DNA from: a bacterium
GTDB taxonomy: Bacteria > UBA10199 > 2-02-FULL-44-16 > DYJF01
Length of the DNA stretch: 64,000 nucleotides
Reading direction: 5' to 3'
NCBI GenBank assembly: GCA_041739675.1
Contig: JBGSNL010000003.1
Span: 5,846-69,845 of the forward strand
Shown here: positions 9,432-18,352 of the stretch, in pieces
Position numbering within the stretch: position 1 is the first letter of the stretch
Layout: every line of letters starts with the position of its first letter
The notes under the pieces: generated by a model
Told to the model about the DNA's origin: nothing
Databases searched by the model: none
Seen by the model: only the letters and a program-made list of their open reading frames with translations
Position numbers and translations under genes: made by a program

Positions 9432-9839
9432 ATGATGACTCAATTTCTCGTCTTTGGAACCGTGGGGATGGTCGCGGAGGTTATCTTCACGTCCTTCAAG
9501 CGCCTCTTGAGCGACAGGACGTACGAGCTCAAGGGAGAGACCTCGCTTTGGATGTTTCCGGTCTACGGCCTGATCGCATTCATATTTCCGCTTGTAGTCT
9601 ACCGCATCGGCTCCTTCCCTTGGTATATCAGGGGCGCTGTCTATATGGTGATCTTCTTTATCGTGGAATATGTGAGCGGGTTAGTGCTCAGAAAGATGAA
9701 GGTGTGCCCGTGGAACTATCCGGCAAAATATTCGCTGAACGGGCTCATATATTTTCCCTACGCGCCGGTCTGGTTCGCGGCGGGGCTGGGTGTCGAGAGG
9801 ATCTATCCGGTGATCACGGCGCTTGGCAAAGCCATTTGA
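9432..9839 (+). CDS. Small polytopic membrane protein, function unknown
   Basis: Start chosen at MMTQFLVFGTVG with a GGAGG RBS. Four predicted TM helices. The 3' end overlaps the convergent hemY gene. Confidence 0.4.
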   Translation: MMTQFLVFGTVGMVAEVIFTSFKRLLSDRTYELKGETSLWMFPVYGLIAFIFPLVVYRIGSFPWYIRGAVYMVIFFIVEYVSGLVLRKMKVCPWNYPAKYSLNGLIYFPYAPVWFAAGLGVERIYPVITALGKAI

Positions 9840-11160
9840 CCGTCTTTTGGGAGACGCTTTTCGAGTGGGCGATTGTATCGGCAACTGAAATTCCCGTGAA
9901 ATAACTTCCCGTCAGAAAGATGCCCGGCAATTTTTTGATCCATCTTCCGATTTCATTCAACCTCTCCTGATGGCCGATCGTGTACTGCGGTATTGCCTGC
10001 GCGATTCTTGTGATGTTATGGAAGCGCGGCTCGGCGCGCACGTTCAGGGTCTGCTCCAGCCCCTGGCGGACATGGGCCAAAAGCTCGTGGTCGTAGAGGT
10101 CGATGGCGTGGGGATCGGTCGCTCCGCCGATAAAGCACGTCAAAAGGGTTTCGCCGTTGGGGGCCCGGTTCGGAAAGAGCGCAGACGACCAGATCGAACC
10201 CAAGAGCCTTATCTTTTCGCGGCGGGGGATCAGAAAGCCGAAACCTTCAAGATCGCGCGGAATTTCGCTGCGCTTGAACACCGCGTGAACGACAGCGAGA
10301 GAAACATAGGGGATTCCCATGAGCGGCGAGAATATCTCCGGCACATGCGGCATGAGAAGGCGCGACGCCTCATGCGCGGGTACTGCGATGACGACCGCAT
10401 CGCCTGTAATCTCTTCCCCCTGATGATCGGTTGAAACCACCCATTTGCCGTCCTCTGTCTTAACAATCGCTTCGGCCGTGGAGTGTATCCTGATCTCCTT
10501 TTTCATCAGATCGTGGAGCCTCGACGGAAGAGTTTGCATCCCCCAGAGGAAGGATAGAAGAGAGCTCTTTCCAAACGTGCCCTTGAGGTGGCGCATCCCT
10601 TTGAAGACGCTTCCGTAGAGATCCTCAATCTCGGCTATGCGCGGAAAAACACTTTTGATCTCAAGCTGAAAAGGATCGCCGGCGTAGACACCTGAAACGA
10701 AGGGATCGACCAGCGCCTCCAGAAGTTCTTTGCCGGCGCGTCTGGTCACGAACGCCGCGAGCGATTCGCCGTCATTGGTCTGTTTGCGGACGAACGGTTC
10801 GAAAAGTACGCGCAGCTTTCCCTTTCCTGAAAGAAGCGGAGAGAGCAGAAACTGCTTGGGGCCGATGGGAACTTCGTGAAGTTTTTCGCCGCGAAATACG
10901 AAGCGTTTCTTCGATTCGTTTTGCACGAGCTGACGTTCGATATCGAGCTCGCGTGTCAGTTCGAAAATAGAATCCGAAGAGCCCAGAAAAGTGTTGGGGC
11001 CCAGTTCCATGAGGTAGCGGTCGTTTTTCAAGACGGTCTTGATTGCGCCGCCGACCGCATCTTCCCTCTCGAGAAGTGTCACCGCCACTTTCTGTTTTTT
11101 GAGCTCGTGCGCGGCGGTCAAACCTGCGATGCCGCCTCCGATGACGATTACGTGTTTCAT
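9814..11160 (-). CDS. hemY: Protoporphyrinogen oxidase (FAD-dependent, amine-oxidase fold)
   Basis: N-terminal dinucleotide-binding motif VIVIGGGIAGLTAAHEL. Length about 450 aa. Sits in an operon with hemH, hemN and hemE. Confidence 0.75.
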   Translation of the reverse strand: MKHVIVIGGGIAGLTAAHELKKQKVAVTLLEREDAVGGAIKTVLKNDRYLMELGPNTFLGSSDSIFELTRELDIERQLVQNESKKRFVFRGEKLHEVPIGPKQFLLSPLLSGKGKLRVLFEPFVRKQTNDGESLAAFVTRRAGKELLEALVDPFVSGVYAGDPFQLEIKSVFPRIAEIEDLYGSVFKGMRHLKGTFGKSSLLSFLWGMQTLPSRLHDLMKKEIRIHSTAEAIVKTEDGKWVVSTDHQGEEITGDAVVIAVPAHEASRLLMPHVPEIFSPLMGIPYVSLAVVHAVFKRSEIPRDLEGFGFLIPRREKIRLLGSIWSSALFPNRAPNGETLLTCFIGGATDPHAIDLYDHELLAHVRQGLEQTLNVRAEPRFHNITRIAQAIPQYTIGHQERLNEIGRWIKKLPGIFLTGSYFTGISVADTIAHSKSVSQKTVKWLCQAP

Positions 11161-12029
11161 ATTTTGAGACCCGAAAACATTTTAACGATTGTTTCCGAAC
11201 TTCCCGGCGGTGCCGCCCTTCTAACATCGCGCATTCCGGCGCGTTTCGCAGCCGGGATGGCGACACGGTCGATATCAAACAAAGTCTCCACATTGTCAAA
11301 GAGAAAGCTTATGGGGACGACGAGGCAGTCTGAAATCCCTCTGTGGACGAATCTTGAAAGCTCCGTTTCCAACGGGGGGGAGCTCCAGCTTCTTCCCATC
11401 GCGCTCTGGTAGGCGACGCTCGTTGAATTTTTGGATCCCAAAGCCTTCGAGATGAGGCTTGCGGACTCTTCCACCTGTCTTTCGTAGGAATTGTCGCCCC
11501 GGTTGGGCGGCATGGCGTGGGCTGAGAAGATAATGTGCACTGAATCCCTGTTCTCGAATTCGCCCAACGATTTTTTGACCTGATCCGCCCATGCCTCGAT
11601 GAAAAGCGGGTGATCGTAAAACGGCCCCGCCCATCTGATGTGGATATTTCTGAAATATTGTTTTTTAAGTCGAGAAATTTTAGAGGCGATCTCGTCATAC
11701 ATTTCAAGGGTCGCGTGCGGATAGAGCGGCAAGATCCTCACGGTTTCGATTCCCTTTCCTTCAATTTCCGAAAGGGCATCTCCCATGGGAGGTTTTCCAT
11801 ATTGCGCCGCCACGAAAACATTTTCGCCCAATCTTTCCGTGAACCGGCGAATTTCGTCCGAAGCTGCGAATCCCACGGCATCATATTTTTTCAGCGCCCT
11901 GTGCCTTGCAAGGAACGCAACGGGTCTTGAAAAAAAACCCAGACGGGCCGCAAATATGTCGTTGATAAAGGGCCCGACTTCCTTGCGGTTTGCAGGCGAA
12001 CCGAAATGGACTAAAAGTGTCGCTGTCAT
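11157..12029 (-). CDS. hemH: Ferrochelatase
   Basis: Ferrochelatase-like sequence throughout (LLVHFGSP..., ILPLYPH...). Start overlaps the hemN stop (ATGA). Confidence 0.8.
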   Translation of the reverse strand: MTATLLVHFGSPANRKEVGPFINDIFAARLGFFSRPVAFLARHRALKKYDAVGFAASDEIRRFTERLGENVFVAAQYGKPPMGDALSEIEGKGIETVRILPLYPHATLEMYDEIASKISRLKKQYFRNIHIRWAGPFYDHPLFIEAWADQVKKSLGEFENRDSVHIIFSAHAMPPNRGDNSYERQVEESASLISKALGSKNSTSVAYQSAMGRSWSSPPLETELSRFVHRGISDCLVVPISFLFDNVETLFDIDRVAIPAAKRAGMRDVRRAAPPGSSETIVKMFSGLKI

Positions 12030-13426
12030 ACGGTCCTTGAATATCTATTTTCCTGTGCCTTGAGATGAGAATCAAAAAGTGCGGCGATGTTTCTGATAAA
12101 GAGGCGGCCCAGCGGCGTCACCTTGAACTCTTTTTCCGACTCGCTGATAAGGCCGTCGGCAAGGAAATCCTTGGAGGAAACGCCTTTGAAAAAATCGTCA
12201 AACGTGGTGCCGCACACGTGCGCAAACTCCTTCTTGTCTATGCCCTGGGAGCAAAATAGTTTTTGCATGACGAAGCGGCGGTTTACATCCTCCTCTGTGA
12301 GCCTGTATCCGCGGCAGACGGGAAGCCTTCCGCACGAGATTGCCCTGAAATAATCGGATAGGCGTTTCTCGTTTTGCACATAGAGGTTTCCAATTTCGCT
12401 GATCGACGAAACCCCTAGGCCGATGAGGCCGGAAGTCGGTTTTGCAGTGTACCCCTGGAACGTGCGCCTTAGTACGCCGTTTTTTTGAGCCTTTGCGAGC
12501 TCGTCCGTCTGTTTTGCAAAATGATCGAGGCCTATGAATTTGTATCCGGCCTTCAGGAACTTCTCTATGGCGGACATGAACATCGAAATCTTTATCTGCG
12601 GCGCGGGAAGCGTGGCCGGGTCTATTTTTCGCTGATGCGGAGCCGCCCATGGGACATAGGCGAAGTTGAAAAGGGAGATGCGGTCAGGGCCCAGACGCAC
12701 GACGTCCGAAATCGTCTTTTGAAAATTATCGCGGTTCTGAAGGGGGAGCCCGTAGCACAAATCTATGTTAACACTCTGGAAATTTGCCTTTCGCGCGTCC
12801 AAGATAAGAGCTTCGATGCAATGAACGTCTTGCACCCTGCCGCACGCTTCTTGAACGTCCTGATTCGTATCCTGCACGCCGAAGCTTATGCGGTTGAACC
12901 CGAGTTCAGAGGCCAGCCTGATCTTTTCGCCGGTTGTCTGACGCGGATCAGCCTCGATTCCTATCTCCGCGCCGGTCTCCAGAGAAAAGCACGAAAGGGT
13001 CGCCTTCATCAGGCGCTCCATCTGCTTTTCGGTCAGATACGTCGGAGAGCCGCCCCCCCAATGAAGGCTGGAGAGCGTCACAATCGGGGAATTCAAATTA
13101 TTGCGGATGATATCCATCTCGGAGATCAAGTTGTCGACGTATCGGTCTATGATATCGATTTTCGGTGTCGCTATGGCGTTGCACGCGCAAAACGTGCAGC
13201 GTGAGCGGCAGAACGGCAGATGCATATATAATGAAAGGGCGTTGGCGCACGTGTGCATAAGCGCATAAGTGAAATCGAAAAGGCCGACGTCGCCGTTCCA
13301 CGCCGGGGCGGGTGGATACGAGGTGTAGCGGGGGAGCGTCCGGTCGTACTTTTCGATGAGATAGGGCGTCAGCTCCACCCTGCACCCGTCGATGACCGCC
13401 GCCATGTCTTTATCTATATTTTGCAT
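12026..13426 (-). CDS. hemN: Oxygen-independent coproporphyrinogen III oxidase (radical SAM)
   Basis: Radical SAM CxxxCxxC (CRSRCTFCAC). HemN-like length and C-terminal HemN_C-like region. Confidence 0.8.
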   Translation of the reverse strand: MQNIDKDMAAVIDGCRVELTPYLIEKYDRTLPRYTSYPPAPAWNGDVGLFDFTYALMHTCANALSLYMHLPFCRSRCTFCACNAIATPKIDIIDRYVDNLISEMDIIRNNLNSPIVTLSSLHWGGGSPTYLTEKQMERLMKATLSCFSLETGAEIGIEADPRQTTGEKIRLASELGFNRISFGVQDTNQDVQEACGRVQDVHCIEALILDARKANFQSVNIDLCYGLPLQNRDNFQKTISDVVRLGPDRISLFNFAYVPWAAPHQRKIDPATLPAPQIKISMFMSAIEKFLKAGYKFIGLDHFAKQTDELAKAQKNGVLRRTFQGYTAKPTSGLIGLGVSSISEIGNLYVQNEKRLSDYFRAISCGRLPVCRGYRLTEEDVNRRFVMQKLFCSQGIDKKEFAHVCGTTFDDFFKGVSSKDFLADGLISESEKEFKVTPLGRLFIRNIAALFDSHLKAQENRYSRTV

Positions 13427-14441
13427 TTTTCACCGTGTCCACAAAAGCCGCAACGCTCGCAACGGGGGTTTTGGGAAGAACCCCGTGGCCGAGATTGGCG
13501 ATGTATCCGGATTCGTTGCCTGCGCCTTCAAGCATCCGGAGCGTCTCGCGTTCGACGGTTGAAGGGGACCTCAAAAGCGTTTCGGGATTCAAGTTTCCCT
13601 GGATCGCCGCGCTATTTTTTGCGCGCCCGATCGCCTCTTTGATATCGATGTCGGAGCCTACGCTCAAAACGTCCGCCCCCGATGATATCATCATGTCAAA
13701 GAGCTCAGAGCTGTTCCTGACATAAAGAATCGCAACGGCGCCCGTTTTTTTGATCTCCGAAACTATTTTTTTGACGTACGGCAGCGCGAATTTTTCATAT
13801 TCGAAAGGGGAAAGAAGCCCGCCCCACGTATCGAATATCTGTATGGCGTCGCTGCCTGCGCTGACCTGCTGGATGGCAAGCGAAGAAATAGTCGGTGTTA
13901 TTTTTTCAAGAAGAGCAGAAACAATTTCAGGCGATTCGCGCAGAAGTGAAATTGCGGAATCGAAACTGCCGCTCCCCCCTTCGATCATATAAGCTGCGAG
14001 GGTCCATGGCGCCCCTACAAATCCCAGAAGTGCCGTTTCCTCTTTGAGCTCGTGGCGGAGATTTTGGGTCGCTTCAAGAAGATGGGGCAGCGAAATGCGC
14101 ACGTTGGGGGAGGACAGGTTTTTTACATCGGCTGCCGTTGTAATTTTTGAATCGAATCTCGGGCCTACATTCTCTTCAAAACGGAGCTTCATCCCCATCG
14201 CATTGAGGGGAAGCAGGATGTCGGAAAAAACGATGACCGCATCCATCCCGAAGCGGCGCCACGGTTGCAGCGACACTTCGAAGATGAGGTCGGGCCTCCT
14301 GCACATCGTGAGGAAATCGTATTTTTCGCGGAGCTCCTGATATTCAGGAAGATATCTTCCTGCCTGGCGCATCAGCCAGACCGGCCTCCGGTCGACTGTT
14401 AACCGCCGGCACGCATTAACAAAGCGCTCGCGGGAGTTCAT
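13410..14441 (-). CDS. hemE: Uroporphyrinogen decarboxylase
   Basis: Classic HemE N-terminus PVWLMRQAGRYLPEY. Confidence 0.9.
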   Translation of the reverse strand: MNSRERFVNACRRLTVDRRPVWLMRQAGRYLPEYQELREKYDFLTMCRRPDLIFEVSLQPWRRFGMDAVIVFSDILLPLNAMGMKLRFEENVGPRFDSKITTAADVKNLSSPNVRISLPHLLEATQNLRHELKEETALLGFVGAPWTLAAYMIEGGSGSFDSAISLLRESPEIVSALLEKITPTISSLAIQQVSAGSDAIQIFDTWGGLLSPFEYEKFALPYVKKIVSEIKKTGAVAILYVRNSSELFDMMISSGADVLSVGSDIDIKEAIGRAKNSAAIQGNLNPETLLRSPSTVERETLRMLEGAGNESGYIANLGHGVLPKTPVASVAAFVDTVKNAKYR

Positions 14442-14477
14442 GAGCCGACAACATCAGAGTCGGAGGCAATTTTCAAG

Positions 14478-16676
14478 CTATTTGCGCCGACGCTTTGCGG
14501 CAAACAGCCCGATCGGCACTATAATCGCCAAAACCGACAGAATGCTCGTTGCAGGGGGCACGGGAACGACCATGCTTCCGCAACCCTTTCCTCCGTCACT
14601 TCCTCCCCCGCAGGTGCTTCCCGTGAAGCAGGATGTACCGGCGGTTATCTGCTGCATTGCGGAAAGGGCATCGACCTTTCCGTATCCGTATTGGAAGTCG
14701 GGAACAGTCGTCTGATCCGGCGCCGCCGCGGCGGTCGTCTGAAGCGTGCTTTTGATCTGGTTCGCGGTGAGGCAATTGTTTTTCTCAAGCATCAGGGCCG
14801 CGATGCCTGCAACGTGAGGAGATGCCATGGAACTCCCCTGCAGTTTGAAGTGAGTTTCGTTGCCCAAGATCGCATCGGGAACGCCGGTGACACCGCTTGC
14901 CAGTGTGGATATGATTGGCTCGCCAGGGGCCGATACGTCAGGTTTTACCCTTGGGCTCACAATTTCACCCGTGGGGCCGAGGCTTGAAAAGACCGAGGCG
15001 TTGCCGACCGTCCCGCCAAGGGCCCCTATGGAGGGATCGTAGACGTCCTGATTGTGCACGTTGCCGTTGATGTCGGTCCACGTGCCGCGGCCCATGTAAG
15101 AACCCACCGTGATAACGCTTGATGCCGTTCCGGGGATCGTCGTTGTCCTGTCGGAGTCGCCGTCCGCCAGATTGTAGCCGTCGGCGCCCGTCACGGACAA
15201 GGTGTCGATGTTCTTGTAAAAGTCGTTGAGCGACGTGTAATCCGGATAGAGCCACATCTCCGCCCTGCAGGAGAGCGACGGCACGCGGATTATGATATCG
15301 AAATCATATGCTGCGGCGATGAGTTGCGCCCAGCTCGATCCAGAGGCCGGCCCTATTCCAATCAGCGCTTCGGGACGGCTGTTTTGAGGATTGCTGTTAA
15401 TTGTTACAACATCGATATTTGCCTTACTGTCTGCGGCCGTTGTGCTGGTGTCGGCAGTATAATTGATGGGGCTTGTTTTAACCTTGTACTGAGACACATC
15501 GGATTCAAGGCCCTGCACATATGCCTTCACCTCGATGGTGGAGTTGCGGCATTCGGTTGTATTGTCGAGCCAGACGTCGACTATGGAGACTCCGTATGCA
15601 GAGAGATCGGTGTCTCTAAGCGTCATTCTCCAGCCGGTCGGAACGCCCGCGCTGACGTTGACGGAGGCGTGAATTCCGCCGAAGGTCGAAGACCCGGGAT
15701 CGCCGGGGACAAAGTTCTCGTTTCCGGCGGCGTCGACAACCACGCGTCCGGCCAACTCATTGCCGCTGCCGTCCAATATGGCCTCGTTCAAACCCTGTTC
15801 AAGAAGTGAAGTGTTATCGTGGGCGCCGAGCGATGTGCCTAGAGAAATATTTATGGCGCAGGGCAGATCGAAATCATCGGCTTGCGTGAAAATGGCGTCC
15901 ACCCCTTCCAGCACCGTCGTCGAAAATGTGCCGCTGGCGTCGGTGTCGGTGCCCGGCCTTAGAAAGGCGAACGCGATGAACGCCTGCGGTGCGACGCCCG
16001 TGTAGGGAGAATCCTGGCTGGCGGCGATTCCAGTGACATGAGTTCCGTGGCCGACGCTGCCGTCGCTACCGCCCTTGCTGACGGAACAAGTGCCGTCGTC
16101 GATTTCAGATTTCGAGCATTCAACCGATCCTCCCGCCGAAGTCATCTGGTCAAGGTAGCAGATGCGCGTTGTGCCGTCCGCGCCGTCGAAATCGGTGTTT
16201 TCCCAATCAAGGGCGCTGTCTACTATACCCACCATCACTCCCGTGCCGTTGTAGGCCCGGTCAAGGCCCGTGCCCGCCTGAACAAGATCGACTTTTGTGA
16301 ACTCGCGCGCCTTGTTCATTTTTACCGTCATGGGTTTTGCGGCTTCTATGTACGAAACCTCATTGAGGTCGGATATTTTTTCCATCGCGTCGAGCGGAAT
16401 CGAAACAGACATTATATGACCGATGACTGCGCGTGTCTGGCCGCCGGCCTCTTTTATGGCAGCGCTTGTCGCATCGGGGTCGGAGCTCTTGAGAAGGCAG
16501 CTTATGAACTCGCGGTCCGTTTCAACGGAGATCGCCTTGCCGAGCATCATCTTTCCCGTTTGAGGATGGGCAATGGTCATTTTCAGAAGGCCGTCCAGTT
16601 TCGCCTGGTCTGCACCGGCGGAAACCGAAACGGATGCCGCCACAAGAACGATCACGGCCGCGAAAATCTTTTTCAT
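14478..16676 (-). CDS. Secreted subtilisin-like serine protease (S8) with a MYXO-CTERM/PEP-CTERM-class C-terminal sorting tail
   Basis: Signal peptide MKKIFAAVIVLVAASVSVSA. Catalytic His (GHGTHVTGIAAS) and Ser (GSSMASPHVAGIAALM). C-terminus GGKGCGS-x10-ILSVLAIIVPIGLFAA-KRRRK is a Gly/Cys motif, a TM helix and a basic cluster. Confidence 0.8.
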   Translation of the reverse strand: MKKIFAAVIVLVAASVSVSAGADQAKLDGLLKMTIAHPQTGKMMLGKAISVETDREFISCLLKSSDPDATSAAIKEAGGQTRAVIGHIMSVSIPLDAMEKISDLNEVSYIEAAKPMTVKMNKAREFTKVDLVQAGTGLDRAYNGTGVMVGIVDSALDWENTDFDGADGTTRICYLDQMTSAGGSVECSKSEIDDGTCSVSKGGSDGSVGHGTHVTGIAASQDSPYTGVAPQAFIAFAFLRPGTDTDASGTFSTTVLEGVDAIFTQADDFDLPCAINISLGTSLGAHDNTSLLEQGLNEAILDGSGNELAGRVVVDAAGNENFVPGDPGSSTFGGIHASVNVSAGVPTGWRMTLRDTDLSAYGVSIVDVWLDNTTECRNSTIEVKAYVQGLESDVSQYKVKTSPINYTADTSTTAADSKANIDVVTINSNPQNSRPEALIGIGPASGSSWAQLIAAAYDFDIIIRVPSLSCRAEMWLYPDYTSLNDFYKNIDTLSVTGADGYNLADGDSDRTTTIPGTASSVITVGSYMGRGTWTDINGNVHNQDVYDPSIGALGGTVGNASVFSSLGPTGEIVSPRVKPDVSAPGEPIISTLASGVTGVPDAILGNETHFKLQGSSMASPHVAGIAALMLEKNNCLTANQIKSTLQTTAAAAPDQTTVPDFQYGYGKVDALSAMQQITAGTSCFTGSTCGGGSDGGKGCGSMVVPVPPATSILSVLAIIVPIGLFAAKRRRK

Positions 16677-16688
16677 AAAATCTCCTTT

Positions 16689-17096
16689 TTATTTTTTGAT
16701 CGACATCGGCACTGCCAGCTCCATGATCTTCACGAACGGAAGGGCCGCAACCTGGGGAACGTCTCCGGCGGCAATGCTTCCGGTTGATATTTTTCCGATG
16801 ACGCTTCGACGGTGAAAACCCGCCTCGTCCAGGGATTTCTTTTCAGCGTTGGTTGGTTTGCCCTGTGTTTTCAGAAGGCACTCGAACGATTTTTCAAAAT
16901 CCTTTTTTGTCATCGCGTTTTCCCACGCCGACCTGAATCTGCCGTCGAGCTTTTGCCATCCCTCTGAAGATTTGAAGATTTCGATCTGAGAGACGGGTTT
17001 CGGCGCACTCTCTTTTGAATTTTTTCCGGCGCATGAAGTGAACACGGGCACTGTGATAAAAAGTGCAGTCAAAATAACAAGTTTGGTTGTCTTCAT
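16689..17096 (-). CDS. Small lipoprotein, unknown function
   Basis: MKTTKLVILTALFITVPVFTSC is a signal peptide with a lipobox. Confidence 0.5.
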   Translation of the reverse strand: MKTTKLVILTALFITVPVFTSCAGKNSKESAPKPVSQIEIFKSSEGWQKLDGRFRSAWENAMTKKDFEKSFECLLKTQGKPTNAEKKSLDEAGFHRRSVIGKISTGSIAAGDVPQVAALPFVKIMELAVPMSIKK

Positions 17097-17275
17097 GGCG
17101 GCGGATTATATTGGATAGAAGGTAATGTGTCAAAAAATCGTTTTCAAAATGAGGATATATCAGATTGATAGACCCACACCTTTTATAACTCATTGATATT
17201 TCATGGCTTATCTATTATTATTGTGGCACATGACTTGCTGTTCAAAGCAGTGCTGAACTTGTTAAGGAGGATTTT

Positions 17276-18301
17276 ATGGAAAACGTTGCGCAAAAAATAT
17301 TCGCCGTGGTTTTGGGAGTCGCGCTTACATTGATGATGGCTCAATGCACGAAGAGCGGGAGTATTCCGTTCGGTGCGGAGCCGAACATTGAAGAGGGCAC
17401 GATCCCGTTTGACAAGACCGGGGTGGAGAATCTGGCGGGAGAGGCCGCGGTCGAAGGCGTCCCGGCGCAAAAGCCGCTTGTGGAGAGTATGCCGGAAGAG
17501 TTGACTTTGGTGTCTCATCCCGCGTCGCTTGTCTCAAATCTCCCTGATGGTTCGGAGGCGACCGTTCTCTTTTGCATGGACGGCGGAAAGGTTTTTTCAT
17601 CGGCAGTTTGGTCCGAACTTGTGAAGACCCCGACTCTCACAAAATTCGTCGAAAAAATGGAGTCGAAGGCCGGCCAGAATATCGAAGGGGCCTATTTGTG
17701 GACATTCGCCTGTTCGCCGCTTGCCGACAAGGATTGCGGCCAGAAGCTTCTTATCGTGGAACCCTTAAAAACAGTTTCCGCCGAAGAGGAAGCGGTTTCA
17801 TTAAAAATTCCTTTCGATACGGCGGGCCTGCCCATTTTATCTGCGGGTGGTTTCGATTCGTATAAGAAAGACGACGTGTTCTACGCCGTGAAGAACGGCA
17901 AGATGATGGTTTCGAACAATGAGCCCCTAATGAAAGCGGCGCTGCTGAACGATATGCTGTCACCGAAAATTCCCGCCGATTCCGTAGCTGTCCTGATTGC
18001 AAAAATGCCCGCAAAGGTTCTGGAGAAAATTGATTTCTTCAAGCCGAACGCTGCGAATGTGAAGCCGGTTCAAAAGATGGTGGCGTTCCTCAAGATAGCT
18101 CCGGATGAAAATCCGGAATTGGACATAAAATATTATGCGGGGGACTATGTGGCGGCTGCAACCGTCGTGAGACTCGACATCGAGCTCGTCGATTGGGATA
18201 AGTTGTTTAATTTCTTTAAGTCTGAAGATTCGAAAGATACAAAGACCGAAGTCGATTCGGCGAATAAACCGGTGACTAATTCCAATTCCAAAACCGAGTG
18301 A
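17276..18301 (+). CDS. Secreted lipoprotein, unknown function
   Basis: GGAGG RBS. Signal peptide plus lipobox (ALTLMMAQC). Followed by an intrinsic terminator. Confidence 0.5.
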   Translation: MENVAQKIFAVVLGVALTLMMAQCTKSGSIPFGAEPNIEEGTIPFDKTGVENLAGEAAVEGVPAQKPLVESMPEELTLVSHPASLVSNLPDGSEATVLFCMDGGKVFSSAVWSELVKTPTLTKFVEKMESKAGQNIEGAYLWTFACSPLADKDCGQKLLIVEPLKTVSAEEEAVSLKIPFDTAGLPILSAGGFDSYKKDDVFYAVKNGKMMVSNNEPLMKAALLNDMLSPKIPADSVAVLIAKMPAKVLEKIDFFKPNAANVKPVQKMVAFLKIAPDENPELDIKYYAGDYVAAATVVRLDIELVDWDKLFNFFKSEDSKDTKTEVDSANKPVTNSNSKTE

Positions 18302-18323
18302 GGTGCGAATCTTGTCTGGGCAA

Positions 18324-18352
18324 GCCCGAGGGAGAAACTCTCGGGCTTTTTT
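18324..18352 (+). terminator. Rho-independent terminator after the 17276-18301 gene
   Basis: GCCCGAG-loop-CTCGGGC stem followed by TTTTTT. Overlaps the hemA stop codon. Confidence 0.65.

Noticed and set aside
14478-14600. PEP-CTERM call for the protease C-terminus
   Set aside because: No Pro-Glu-Pro motif. The Gly/Cys motif plus TM plus RRRK fits a MYXO-CTERM-like class better, so I reported it as that class rather than PEP-CTERM proper.
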